Part shown: in pieces, positions 55,533 through 64,000 of the stretch
Layout: each line of letters starts with the position of its first letter
How positions within the stretch are numbered: position 1 is the stretch's first letter
From: an uncultured Lentisphaeria bacterium
GTDB lineage: Bacteria > Verrucomicrobiota > Lentisphaeria > Victivallales > Victivallaceae
Assembly (NCBI GenBank): GCA_949295105.1
Contig: CASFJW010000048.1
Location: 4,174-68,173, forward strand
Direction: 5' to 3'
DNA length: 64,000 nucleotides
The notes under the pieces: model-generated
Told to the model about the DNA's origin: nothing
Database searches by the model: none
The model's input: the letters and a program-made list of their open reading frames with translations, nothing else
Made by a program: the position numbers and the translations under genes

Positions 55533-58400
55533 ATGCGCCTACCCCAAAGAATGTCTCTCCCGCTTCTGCTGACAACCGTGATGGCCACTTTTCTGTTCGC
55601 GTCTCCACTCTCCGGCGAAGAACGCGATGACGCCTGGGAGAAATTGCGTACCGAGGCGTTGAACCGGAAACGACGGGTTATTTACAATACCGATGGTTGC
55701 GACGCGGTCTATTTCCCGCGCGAGCTGGAGGCGACCAAGGAGAATTTCATCAGCCGGCGCATCGGAAACACCCGGGGAACCCGGGTTGATTCACTCTTTT
55801 ACTGTCCGCTGGCGTCCGGCTTCTGCCAGGTGACGAGTCGGACCACCGCCGGAGATCAGCTGCTGGTCGATCCTCCGCACGCGCCCCATACCCGCAACGT
55901 GACCGGGGAATTGCTCGCGCAGGGCACCGATCCACTGAAGATCACGGAGGAATACTGCCGGGAACAGGGGCTGGAGTTCTTCGCCTCGATGCGGATGAAC
56001 GACACCCATGACGTCTCTCTCGCCGCCGATACTCTCCGCCCCGACGGCATGCACATGCTCTTTCCGAAGTTCAAGGCCGATCATCCGGAATATCTCTGCG
56101 GCTCCCCGGACAAAAAACCACCGCATGGTTCATGGAGTGCGGTGGACTTCACCCATCCGGAGGTTCGCGAACGGCTCAAGGGTGTGATCCGGGAACTCTG
56201 CGAAAACTACGATATCGACGGCATTGAATATGACTTCACCCGGTCGGCGTGTTACTTCCGCAGCGTCGCCTGGGGAAACACCGCCAGCCCCGAGGAGCTG
56301 GAGACCATGACGAACTTCATCGCCGAACTGCGTAAAATGACCGAGGAGATCGGCAGGAAGCGCGGCCGGCCGATTCTGGTGGCGTTCCGGGTCTCCAATG
56401 CGATCAAATATCTCCGGGCGACCGGACTTGACGTGGAAGAGTGGCTTCGGCGCGGCCTCGGGGACATGATCATCGCCGACAACATGAAGAAACTCAACTC
56501 CTGGGAGGATACCGTGGCGATGACCAGGAAATACGGCGTCAAATGTTACGCCGCGTTTGACAACCTTGCCTGTGACCGGGTATCCGCCGCCGCCCCTTCA
56601 CGTCACGCCGCTTTGTTTTACGGATGGATCGGTTCAGCACTGATGAGCGGTGTCGACGGGCTCTGCTACTTCAATATGGAAAACCCGGTCTGGATGAAGG
56701 AACTCTTTCTGGCCGACCTCTCGGAAGTCGCCGGTCTCGACAAACGTTACATGGCCAGCGACGCCAGAGCCCTGGCTTACGTCACCAACCGCGATCTGCG
56801 CGACGGTTCGAGTTATGCGGAACTGCCGATAATCGTGCCGGAGCAGCCGCTGGCGATCTCTCCGCGCAATCCGTGTCGAATTTCATTTATGCTCTCGGAC
56901 GATTTCGACTCCCCGGAACTGCGCGAGTCCCCGCCGGAGGTCACCGCCGAAGTGACCGTGGATGCCTTCCCGGAGGTGGAATTCACGCTTGATGTCAACG
57001 GTTCAACGCTGAAACCGGTGGCGAGAAACGGCAAGGTAGTCACCTTTTCGATTCCGGCGACGCTGCTGCACCAGGGGAAAAATGAGTTCATCATCCGGGA
57101 ACTGCCCCGCACTACCGTGAATGTCGAGCAGTTCCGGATGATTCTTCACGGCAGTTCGCTGCTGCGCGGTTCGCTTCAACCGCCGTGGCGACGGATTATG
57201 AAGATCGGCGATTTTTCGGTTGCGGAATCGATCGTCGACAACGCCTACCGCCTGAACGATGCCGAAACCGAACCTCAATACGGCGCGTCACTGCTCTACC
57301 CGCTGCTGAATCTGCCCGGCTACCGGTTGCGCACCCGTTTTAAAATGAAGTTTGAATACAGCGACACTCCGGAAGCGGCGATAGTCCGGGCCGCCAACGG
57401 CAGTTTCGTGGAGATGCTCTGCTTTTCGCCTGACGGCATCACCTTCAAATATGCGGATCGTTTAGTTCCGTTCCGAACCGACGACAAATTTCACAGCTAT
57501 GAGCTGATCATGAAGAAGAAAAATCTCGTGCTCTTTGCCGACGAGAGAGAGATCGCAAATGTGCCGCTGGTCATGCCCGCCGACTCACCGGAGGCGGCGA
57601 TCACCGATGCAAGCGAAAATGTACCGGGAATGAACAACCGCAGTCTGATTTTCGGTTCGATCTCCGGCGCCGGCCGCGGAGCGACGCAATGGAAGCACAT
57701 TGAGCTGGTCAAGAACTGGAGTTCGATCGAGGACTTCCTGTTGCAGATCAAATTCCCGAAGAAACAGTCGAAAGAGTTCACCGCCGCCATGAACGAAACC
57801 CCGGAATGGTTTTTCAATTTTGCCGCCGTTGACGGCAAGCCGCCGCACGACATCTCTTTCAACAATGCCTACCGCCCGAGACTGCTGACCGTCAACCCGG
57901 AAAACGGCGCTCTGCTTCTCAATCACGATTCGAAGCAACCCGACGCGGGCTTTCAGAATATCTCGGTGCGTTCCAGTGAAATCACCGAAAAGTACAGCGG
58001 CTTCTACGTCGCCACCTGGCGGCTGCGGGTGATCAAGAACAACGGCGGAGAGCCGGCGTTCCAGATCATGATCGCTCCGGTCGGTCCCTCCGGCAAAAGC
58101 GACCGGACGCTGACGGTTAAGATCTCCGGGGATAGTGTGCTGCCCAATTTCGGGGAGCCGGTTTCACTCGACACCAGGGAATGGCACGATTACCGGATCC
58201 TTTTCAATCCAGCGGACGGCGAAGCGGGTCTCTGGATCGACGGTAAACTCGTCGCCACGGACACCATCGGACGGGACGCCGGAGCCCCGCGCGGGCGCGC
58301 TTTCTTCGGAGATGGTTCCGGTCAGGTGAGCGGACTGGTCGAACTTCAGGAGCTGAAAATCGGCGCAATTCCGCTTGAAAAAATCGCCGCAACGAAGTAA
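55533..58400 (+). CDS. Secreted multidomain protein, paralogue D of the GHL10-like + jelly-roll family
   Basis: ATG at 55533 with GGAGGA 5 nt upstream and signal peptide MRLPQRMSLPLLLTTVMATFLFASPLSG. Motifs: YNTDGCDAVYFPRE, AGDQLL, LEFFASMRMNDTHD, NYDIDGIEYDF, GRKRGRPILVAFRVSN. The middle module reads QPPWRRIMKIGDF... and the C-terminus ends AFFGDGSGQVSGLVELQELKIGA. Confidence 0.8.
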   Translation: MRLPQRMSLPLLLTTVMATFLFASPLSGEERDDAWEKLRTEALNRKRRVIYNTDGCDAVYFPRELEATKENFISRRIGNTRGTRVDSLFYCPLASGFCQVTSRTTAGDQLLVDPPHAPHTRNVTGELLAQGTDPLKITEEYCREQGLEFFASMRMNDTHDVSLAADTLRPDGMHMLFPKFKADHPEYLCGSPDKKPPHGSWSAVDFTHPEVRERLKGVIRELCENYDIDGIEYDFTRSACYFRSVAWGNTASPEELETMTNFIAELRKMTEEIGRKRGRPILVAFRVSNAIKYLRATGLDVEEWLRRGLGDMIIADNMKKLNSWEDTVAMTRKYGVKCYAAFDNLACDRVSAAAPSRHAALFYGWIGSALMSGVDGLCYFNMENPVWMKELFLADLSEVAGLDKRYMASDARALAYVTNRDLRDGSSYAELPIIVPEQPLAISPRNPCRISFMLSDDFDSPELRESPPEVTAEVTVDAFPEVEFTLDVNGSTLKPVARNGKVVTFSIPATLLHQGKNEFIIRELPRTTVNVEQFRMILHGSSLLRGSLQPPWRRIMKIGDFSVAESIVDNAYRLNDAETEPQYGASLLYPLLNLPGYRLRTRFKMKFEYSDTPEAAIVRAANGSFVEMLCFSPDGITFKYADRLVPFRTDDKFHSYELIMKKKNLVLFADEREIANVPLVMPADSPEAAITDASENVPGMNNRSLIFGSISGAGRGATQWKHIELVKNWSSIEDFLLQIKFPKKQSKEFTAAMNETPEWFFNFAAVDGKPPHDISFNNAYRPRLLTVNPENGALLLNHDSKQPDAGFQNISVRSSEITEKYSGFYVATWRLRVIKNNGGEPAFQIMIAPVGPSGKSDRTLTVKISGDSVLPNFGEPVSLDTREWHDYRILFNPADGEAGLWIDGKLVATDTIGRDAGAPRGRAFFGDGSGQVSGLVELQELKIGAIPLEKIAATK

Positions 58401-58420
58401 ATTATCTTGATTGACAACCG

Positions 58421-58459
58421 CCTCCAAAGCCCGTTGTCGAGGGCTGCGGAGGTTTTTTT
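58421..58459 (+). terminator. Terminator-like hairpin after paralogue D
   Basis: CCTCCAAAGCCC-(8-nt loop)-GGGCTGCGGAGG (2-nt internal loop) followed by T7. Confidence 0.55.
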
Positions 58460-58502
58460 CAAATTAATTTTCCGGTAAAATACAATCTTTTCAGGGACGG
58501 CG

Positions 58503-59786
58503 ATGAATATTTTTCAGGAGTTGAAAGCGCGGGGATTCTGTTTCCAGAGTACGGATGAAAACGCCGTTGAGCAATTACTCGAACGCGGCGGCGTCAAGTT
58601 TTACGTCGGCTTCGACCCGACCGGCAGCAGCCTGCATGTCGGCCATCTGCTGCCGGTGATGGCGATGCGGATATTGCAGAAAGCGGGAAACACCCCGATC
58701 GTGCTGATCGGCGGAGCGACCGCCCGGATCGGCGACCCCTCGGGCAAGCAGACGGCGCGGCCGATGATGACAATTGAGGAGATTAACCATAACGTTGAAT
58801 GCCTGCGCAGTCAGTTGAGCCGTTTTATTTCGGTTGAGAATGACGGGGCGATTTTCGTCAACAACGCCGACTGGCTCTGCCGGATCGGCTACATCGACAT
58901 GCTGCGGGAAGTGGGAACGATTTTCAGCGTCAACCGGATGATGGCGCAGGAATCGGTGAAGTCCCGTCTGGAAAACGGGCTGTCGTTTCTGGAGTTCAAC
59001 TACTCGATACTTCAGGCCTATGACTTCTGGACGCTCTACCGCCGCTACGGCTGCGAACTCCAGATGGGCGGCCAGGATCAATGGGGCAACATGGTCGCCG
59101 GAACCGAATTGATCCGACGCAAGGAGGGGGTCAACGTCCAGTGCATGACCATTCCGCTGCTGCTCAATGCCAACGGTCAGAAGTTCGGCAAGACCGCCGG
59201 CGGCCACAATGTCTGGCTGGACAGCGAACGAACAAGCGTTTTCGATTACTACCAGTTCTGGCGCAACTGCGACGATACCCAGATCCGCAAGCTGCTGTTC
59301 TACTTCAGCAGCCTGCCGATCGCGGAAATCGACCGGCTGACCGCGCCCGGGGCGAACATCAACCGGGCCAAGGAGATTCTCGGCTGTGAAGCGACCGCGC
59401 TCGCCCACGGAGAAGCGGCAGCGAAAGAGGCGTTCGCCGCCGCGGGAACCCGTTTCGGCTTTGCCGATCCGGAAAACCGGGTGGAGACCAGCTGCCGGAT
59501 CGCGTTCGTCGATGCGGAACGGATCACCGCCGAACTTCCGGCGTGCGTGATCGATCGTGAGGAATTTGCTTCCGGAAACGGAGTGCTGATCGCGCGCCTG
59601 CTGGTGCTGTCCGGAATCTGCCGCAGCAACAGCGACGGCCGCCGGCTGATCCAGGGAGGTGGCGTGTCGATCAACGACAGCAAAATCACCGATCCCAACG
59701 CGACGTTGCAGGAATCGGAGCTGGCCGGGGGCGCGCTGACGCTTCGCGCCGGCAAGAAGAATTTCCGGCGGCTGTTACTCGGCTGA
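58503..59786 (+). CDS. tyrS: Tyrosine--tRNA ligase
   Basis: HIGH-type motif (GFDPTGSSLHVGHLLP), KMSKS-type motif (KFGKTAGG) and a C-terminal S4-like domain. Confidence 0.95.
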   Translation: MNIFQELKARGFCFQSTDENAVEQLLERGGVKFYVGFDPTGSSLHVGHLLPVMAMRILQKAGNTPIVLIGGATARIGDPSGKQTARPMMTIEEINHNVECLRSQLSRFISVENDGAIFVNNADWLCRIGYIDMLREVGTIFSVNRMMAQESVKSRLENGLSFLEFNYSILQAYDFWTLYRRYGCELQMGGQDQWGNMVAGTELIRRKEGVNVQCMTIPLLLNANGQKFGKTAGGHNVWLDSERTSVFDYYQFWRNCDDTQIRKLLFYFSSLPIAEIDRLTAPGANINRAKEILGCEATALAHGEAAAKEAFAAAGTRFGFADPENRVETSCRIAFVDAERITAELPACVIDREEFASGNGVLIARLLVLSGICRSNSDGRRLIQGGGVSINDSKITDPNATLQESELAGGALTLRAGKKNFRRLLLG

Positions 59787-59910
59787 CCCGCGGGGAGGTG
59801 CCCTCTGGTTTTGCCGGAGAAGAATGCCATGGAGATACCCGGCTGACCGGCGACGGGAGTCCCTGGTTTTGCCGGAGAAGAATGCCATGGAGATGCCCGC
59901 TGACCCGCAA
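59781..59910. repeat. About 2.2 copies of a 57-60-bp tandem repeat that begins at the tyrS stop codon
   Basis: GGCTGACC...GGTTTTGCCGGAGAAGAATGCCATGGAGAT(A/G)CCC begins at 59781 and 59841, with a partial third copy from 59899. Confidence 0.85.
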
Positions 59911-60568
59911 GAAGAAGGGAAGCCGCGTCGTTGATCCGGGAAAACCGGTTGTAATTAAAAGCCCGGGGGAGGCGGCGGCTGAGGTTTCATTGTTTCAGCG
60001 TTCGATGCCCGGACCAGCAGAAAACCCGGCGCCGCCATCAAAGATGACCGCCGAAAATCGCCGGCGGCGCCGGATAATGATTTTTTTTGCCGGTTTTTAT
60101 GAAAAACTGCGGTTAACCATTTGAAAAATCCCGATTTGCGGGATATTTTATGAAACGGCTGCGATATAGCCAGCGAAGGGAAGCGCGGCAATCGCGGTTT
60201 GCCGGAAGAATTTTCCGGGGGTACGGAAGACCGGGACGGCCTGCGATGCTGCGGGTTGTCGAGGTGTTCAGGATCCGCGGAAGAGGTTTTCCGGTGCCGG
60301 AGGCGCGGGAAGCGTTTTGATCGGACCTTACCCGATGAGAACGCTGCGGGAAAGCGCGCCGGCAGAGTGCGAAGCGGTACCGTTGATACGGGACGCGGGG
60401 TCTCTCCTGCGGCTCCCCGGGATGACGACGGCGATCGGAGTCCGGAGAAAGTCCGGACAGTGCGAAAACGATCGCTGTGCACCCGGAGGAAGCAACAGGG
60501 GCGGCTTTGTTGTGTTCGGGAGGAAGTGTTCCGTAATAAAAGCAGATCAAGGTAGGAACCAGATTTTT

Positions 60569-60898
60569 ATGGAAGTTAGAGCTTTAACTAAAAACGTGCG
60601 GATATCTCCGGAAAAGGCGCGTCACATTTCGCGTCTGATTCAGGGAAAGAGCGCGGTTGAAGCGCTGGCGATCGTCGAACTCAGTCCGCGGAAAGCCGCC
60701 GCGTTGATCGGCGACACCCTGCGTTCGGCGGTGGCGAACGCTGAAAACAACTGCGATGTCAACCGCAAGGCGCTGACCGTCAAGGCGGCGCTGGTCAGTC
60801 CGGGGCCGATCATCAAGCGTTTTCGCCCGAAGGCTCGCGGTTCGGCCGGTCGTATCCGTAAGCGGACCAGCCATCTGGAAGTTATTTTGACCGATTAA
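60569..60898 (+). CDS. rplV: 50S ribosomal protein L22
   Basis: [44 protein letters not shown]. The N-terminal part of ORF 60317.. is R-rich and was rejected. Confidence 0.9.
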   Translation: MEVRALTKNVRISPEKARHISRLIQGKSAVEALAIVELSPRKAAALIGDTLRSAVANAENNCDVNRKALTVKAALVSPGPIIKRFRPKARGSAGRIRKRTSHLEVILTD

Positions 60899-60911
60899 TG
60901 GAGAAGAGATC

Positions 60912-61619
60912 GTGGGACAAAAAGTAAATCCGATCGGTTTGAGAACCGCGCTCACCCGCGACTGGGAGTCACGCTGGTTCGCCGATAAGAAGAGCGCCGG
61001 TAAAACGCTGTTCGGCGAGTGGCTGCACGAGGATCTGGCGATCCGCAAGTACATCAAGGAAAAATTTTCGGCGGCGGCCATTGCCAGGATTCAGATCGAG
61101 CGGTTTTCCAACCGCGTCCGGGTCAACATTTTCTCGGCCCGCCACGGACTGCTCATCGGCAAGAAGGGTGCGGAGCTTGAAGCGCTTCGCGCGGCGATTT
61201 CCAAGCTGGTAAACGGCAAGGAAGTTTACGTTGAACCCAAGGAAGTTCGTCGTCCTGAAACGTGTGCGCAGCTGATCGCGGAGAATGTCGCGCAGCAGCT
61301 GGAGCGCCGGATCGGTTTCCGGCGGGCGATGAAACGGGCGATCCAGTCGGCGATGGATATGGGCGCCGACGGCATCAAGATCAACTGCGCCGGACGTCTC
61401 GGCGGCGCGGAACTTGCCCGTGAGGAGCAGTACAAGGAAGGTCGGATTCCGCTGCACACGCTGCGTGCGAATATCGACTACGGGTTCACCGAGGCGAACA
61501 CGACGGCCGGAAAGATCGGCGTCAAGGTTTGGGTGTGTCACAAGGACTCTGCGGAGGAAGAAGATTATGCCGTTAATGCCAAAAAGGGTAAAGTACAGAA
61601 AGGTGCAGCGCGGAAGTAA
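60912..61619 (+). CDS. rpsC: 30S ribosomal protein S3
   Basis: GTG start, [11 protein letters not shown], and a KH domain. Confidence 0.95.
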   Translation: MGQKVNPIGLRTALTRDWESRWFADKKSAGKTLFGEWLHEDLAIRKYIKEKFSAAAIARIQIERFSNRVRVNIFSARHGLLIGKKGAELEALRAAISKLVNGKEVYVEPKEVRRPETCAQLIAENVAQQLERRIGFRRAMKRAIQSAMDMGADGIKINCAGRLGGAELAREEQYKEGRIPLHTLRANIDYGFTEANTTAGKIGVKVWVCHKDSAEEEDYAVNAKKGKVQKGAARK

Positions 61620-61980
61620 CGCTGGACTCGCCACGGCCAACAACAAGTTGGACTTCGGCGATTTCGCGCTTCAGACGCTGACCCGCGGGTACATCACCAA
61701 CAATCAGATTGAAGCCGCCCGTGTGGCCATCAACCGGCATCTGAAACGCCGCGGCAAAGTCTGGATCAGAATGTTTCCTTATCGTTCCTTCACCAAGAAG
61801 CCGCTCGAAGTCCGTATGGGCAAGGGAAAAGGCGCGGTTGAAGGCTGGGTTGCTCCGGTGCTTCCGGGCCGGGTTCTCTTTGAAGTGTCCGGCTGCAGCG
61901 AGTCGGTTGCCAAGGAGGCGATGAGCCGGGCGGCCAACAAGCTTTGCGTGCGCTGCAAATTTCTCTCCCGCGAGGGATAA
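61567..61980 (+). CDS. rplP: 50S ribosomal protein L16
   Basis: [16 protein letters not shown]. It overlaps the 3' extension of rpsC by 53 nt. An alternative start lies at 61576. Confidence 0.9.
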   Translation: MPLMPKRVKYRKVQRGSNAGLATANNKLDFGDFALQTLTRGYITNNQIEAARVAINRHLKRRGKVWIRMFPYRSFTKKPLEVRMGKGKGAVEGWVAPVLPGRVLFEVSGCSESVAKEAMSRAANKLCVRCKFLSREG

Positions 61981-62001
61981 GTACGGAGAGACAATTCTAA
62001 A

Positions 62002-62202
62002 ATGAAGAACAAAGACATCCGTGAGATGACCGACGTCGAACTCAAGGCCAAGCTGGTTGAGATGCGTCGGGAAAAGTTGAATCTGAAGATCCAGTCCCGG
62101 ACCGGGCAGCTGGAGAAATCGGCTCGCATCCGTGAGCTGCGCCGCGACATTGCGCGTATTCTCACCGAGACGACGGCCCGCAGCAACGCCGAGGTGAAGT
62201 AA
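62002..62202 (+). CDS. rpmC: 50S ribosomal protein L29
   Basis: 66 aa: [26 protein letters not shown]. Confidence 0.9.
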   Translation: MKNKDIREMTDVELKAKLVEMRREKLNLKIQSRTGQLEKSARIRELRRDIARILTETTARSNAEVK

Positions 62203-62483
62203 TGAGTGAATCAGTTAATGCCGTCGAACGCGGCAACCGTAAGGAGCGGGTCGGCGTAGTGGTCAGCGACGTTCAGGACAAGACCATCGTCGTCAAGGTT
62301 GAGCGCCGCACTGCGCACCCCCTCTATCGCAAGATTGTGAAAGTGAGTAAGAAGTTCACTGCTCACGACGAGAACAACGAGGCCAGGAAAGGCGATTTCG
62401 TCCGGATCTCCGAGACGCGCCCGCTGAGCCGTAACAAGCGCTGGCGGCTGCTGGAAATCATCAGTCGCGCCGCTCAGGAATAA
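62202..62483 (+). CDS. rpsQ: 30S ribosomal protein S17
   Basis: [42 protein letters not shown]. Confidence 0.9.
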   Translation: MSESVNAVERGNRKERVGVVVSDVQDKTIVVKVERRTAHPLYRKIVKVSKKFTAHDENNEARKGDFVRISETRPLSRNKRWRLLEIISRAAQE

Positions 62484-62504
62484 GCTGCGGGAGGATCATT
62501 CATC

Positions 62505-62870
62505 ATGTTGCAGATGCAGAGTATTCTCGAGGTGGCCGACAATTCCGGCGCGAAATCGCTGCTGACGATCACGGTTCTCGGGCAGTCGAAAAGATTCGCC
62601 GGGGTCGGAGACATCGTGAGCTGCGCCGTGCAGGAAGCGCTTCCGGACGGTTCGGTCAAGAAGGGCCAGCGGGTGAAGGCGGTGATCGTGCGCACTGCGA
62701 GCAAAATTCGTCGTCCCGACGGTTCCTATCTCAAGTTCGACGAAAACGCGGCGGTGATCATCGACAAGGACAAGAATCCGGTCGGCACCCGTATTTTCGG
62801 ACCGGTTGCGCGGGAATTGCGTGACAAGGATTTCATGAAGATCATTTCGCTTGCGCCGGAGGTATTGTAA
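62505..62870 (+). CDS. rplN: 50S ribosomal protein L14
   Basis: [17 protein letters not shown]. Confidence 0.95.
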   Translation: MLQMQSILEVADNSGAKSLLTITVLGQSKRFAGVGDIVSCAVQEALPDGSVKKGQRVKAVIVRTASKIRRPDGSYLKFDENAAVIIDKDKNPVGTRIFGPVARELRDKDFMKIISLAPEVL

Positions 62871-62871
62871 G

Positions 62872-63177
62872 ATGCAGAAATACCACGTCAAAAAAGGCGA
62901 CAAGGTCGTCGTCAACGCCGGTAACTTCAAGGGCGAAAGCGCCACGATCAAGGCGATCATCGCCAAGAACGACCGGGTCGTGCTCGAACTTGCCAGCGGC
63001 GAAAGCAAACTCGGCAAGCGTACGGTCAAAAAGAGCAAGGAGAACCCCAACGGCGGCATGATTGAGCGTTCGGTTTCGGTGCATGTCTCCAATGTGGCGC
63101 TGACTCCGGAGGCCGCGAAGGCCAAGCTCGAAGCCAAAGCGGCGCGCCGCGCTGCGAAGGCCACCAGGACGGAGTAA
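62872..63177 (+). CDS. rplX: 50S ribosomal protein L24
   Basis: [22 protein letters not shown] (KOW motif). The ATG at 62872 is preferred to the ORF start at 62851. Confidence 0.9.
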   Translation: MQKYHVKKGDKVVVNAGNFKGESATIKAIIAKNDRVVLELASGESKLGKRTVKKSKENPNGGMIERSVSVHVSNVALTPEAAKAKLEAKAARRAAKATRTE

Positions 63178-63183
63178 TGTAAA

Positions 63184-63720
63184 ATGCCTGATATGAAGAA
63201 AAAATACGTCGAGGAAGTGCGGAGCGCTCTGGCCGCGCAACTCGGGCTCAAGAATGTGATGCAGATTCCGAAGCTCACGAAGATCGTGATCTCCACCGGT
63301 ATCGGCAGCGACAAGGAGCGCGACGCCTTCACCGAAGCCAAGAAACACATCGGCGCGATGACCGGTCAGGAACCGGTGATCACCAAGGCGCGCAAGAACG
63401 TTTCCAACTTCAAGCTCCGGGTCGGGATGCCGGTCGGTGTGATGGTGACGCTTCGCGGCAGCCGGATGTATGAATTTCTCGATCGTTTTGTGCACAACGC
63501 GCTGCCGCGGGTGCGCGACTTCCGGGGGATTCCGAAGACCGGTTTTGACGGCGTCGGCAATTACAACATGGGCATCAGCGATGTTTCGGTTTTCACCGAA
63601 GTGGATGCCGACAAGCTCAAATATCCGCTCGGCGTGAACATCACGATGGTCACGACCGCCAAGGATGACGAGGGCTGCCGGGCGCTGCTCAAGCTGATGG
63701 AAGTTCCGTTCGAGGAATAA
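63184..63720 (+). CDS. rplE: 50S ribosomal protein L5
   Basis: [30 protein letters not shown]. Confidence 0.95.
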   Translation: MPDMKKKYVEEVRSALAAQLGLKNVMQIPKLTKIVISTGIGSDKERDAFTEAKKHIGAMTGQEPVITKARKNVSNFKLRVGMPVGVMVTLRGSRMYEFLDRFVHNALPRVRDFRGIPKTGFDGVGNYNMGISDVSVFTEVDADKLKYPLGVNITMVTTAKDDEGCRALLKLMEVPFEE

Positions 63721-63736
63721 ACAAGAGGGTGCAATA

Positions 63737-63922
63737 ATGGCAAAACTCAGTTTGATGGTCAAGGCTGCCCGCCCCAACAAGTTTCCGGTTCGGAACTACA
63801 CGCGCTGCAAGGCGTGCGGCAGGCCGCGGGCATATATCGGTAAATTTCAACTCTGCCGGATCTGTTTCCGGGAGCTGGCCAGCAAGGGTCAGATTCCGGG
63901 CGTGACCAAGGCGAGCTGGTAA
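63737..63922 (+). CDS. rpsZ: 30S ribosomal protein S14 type Z (zinc-binding, 61 aa)
   Basis: [25 protein letters not shown]. Confidence 0.9.
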   Translation: MAKLSLMVKAARPNKFPVRNYTRCKACGRPRAYIGKFQLCRICFRELASKGQIPGVTKASW

Positions 63923-63940
63923 TAGGAGGAGTAACTGGTT

Positions 63941-64000
63941 ATGAGTATGCAGGATCCTATCGCCGATATGCTCACCCGAATCCGCAATGCCGGTGCCGCC
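63941..64000 (+). CDS. rpsH: 30S ribosomal protein S8, first 20 codons (3' end outside window)
   Basis: MSMQDPIADMLTRIRNAGAA with a GGAGGAG RBS. Confidence 0.8.
   Translation, partial: MSMQDPIADMLTRIRNAGAA

Noticed and set aside
60444-60458. GGAGAAAGTCCGGAC resembles the RNase P RNA P4 5' strand (GAGGAAAGUCCGGGC)
   Set aside because: Only ~110 nt remain before rplV, whereas RNase P RNA needs ~300 nt downstream including the ACAGAA.CCGGCUUA P4 3' strand. That element is absent on either strand. The match is explained by a local TCCGGA palindrome hairpin.

Overview
This is a visibly GC-rich bacterial chromosomal segment with about 55 credible protein-coding genes. I recognised no rRNA, tRNA, CRISPR array, transposase, integrase or phage genes.

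Housekeeping backbone:
- priA (5' end outside the window), rsmA, rpsB-tsf, gap, pgk.
- An RND efflux pair, mreC-mreD-mrdA, cmk, an orphan trpB, an rdgC-like gene.
- trmB, an rsmB-like methyltransferase, trmL, a LysM/L,D-transpeptidase, accA.
- A dksA-like gene with lspA, ychF, tyrS.
- The distal part of the S10/spc ribosomal cluster, from rplV to rpsH (3' end outside the window).

Accessory content looks typical of the PVC superphylum (Lentisphaerota, Kiritimatiellota or Verrucomicrobiota-like). This is an inference from gene content, not a placement.
- Three 'pseudopilin-like' genes carry the prepilin N-terminal methylation motif ([17 protein letters not shown]) plus an H-X9-DG motif. Each lies within a few kb of a transcription factor (GntR, AraC) and secreted glycoside-hydrolase-like proteins. 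No pilus or type II secretion machinery is present in the window.
- A family of four roughly 940-955-aa secreted multidomain paralogues has no established function. Three sit in one tight operon at 28.3-36.9 kb and one at 55.5-58.4 kb. Each combines a GHL10/DUF187-like TIM-barrel N-terminus with lectin-like jelly-roll modules.
- The C-terminal module of that family (signature LW[IV][ND]GK ... GDGSG.V.G.AEL.Y..IG) occurs six times in the window, including once as a stand-alone 223-aa protein.

Other points worth a second look:
- Hairpin-bearing 141-bp and 3x60-bp repeats are fused in frame to the N-terminus of one pseudopilin gene.
- An in-frame TGA lies between the best RBS+ATG and the prepilin motif of another.
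- A duplicated promoter architecture with 23-bp-spaced direct repeats precedes two pseudopilin paralogues.
- A MarR operon includes an unlisted 43-codon secreted-peptide ORF.
- A four-gene operon of unknown function contains an orphan PAS histidine kinase.
- The S10 operon is split, with a 780-bp non-coding gap ahead of rplV.

Long ORFs antisense to real genes are frequent and were treated as GC-driven artefacts. All family assignments rest on motifs I recognise by eye or from memory. No database search was run.
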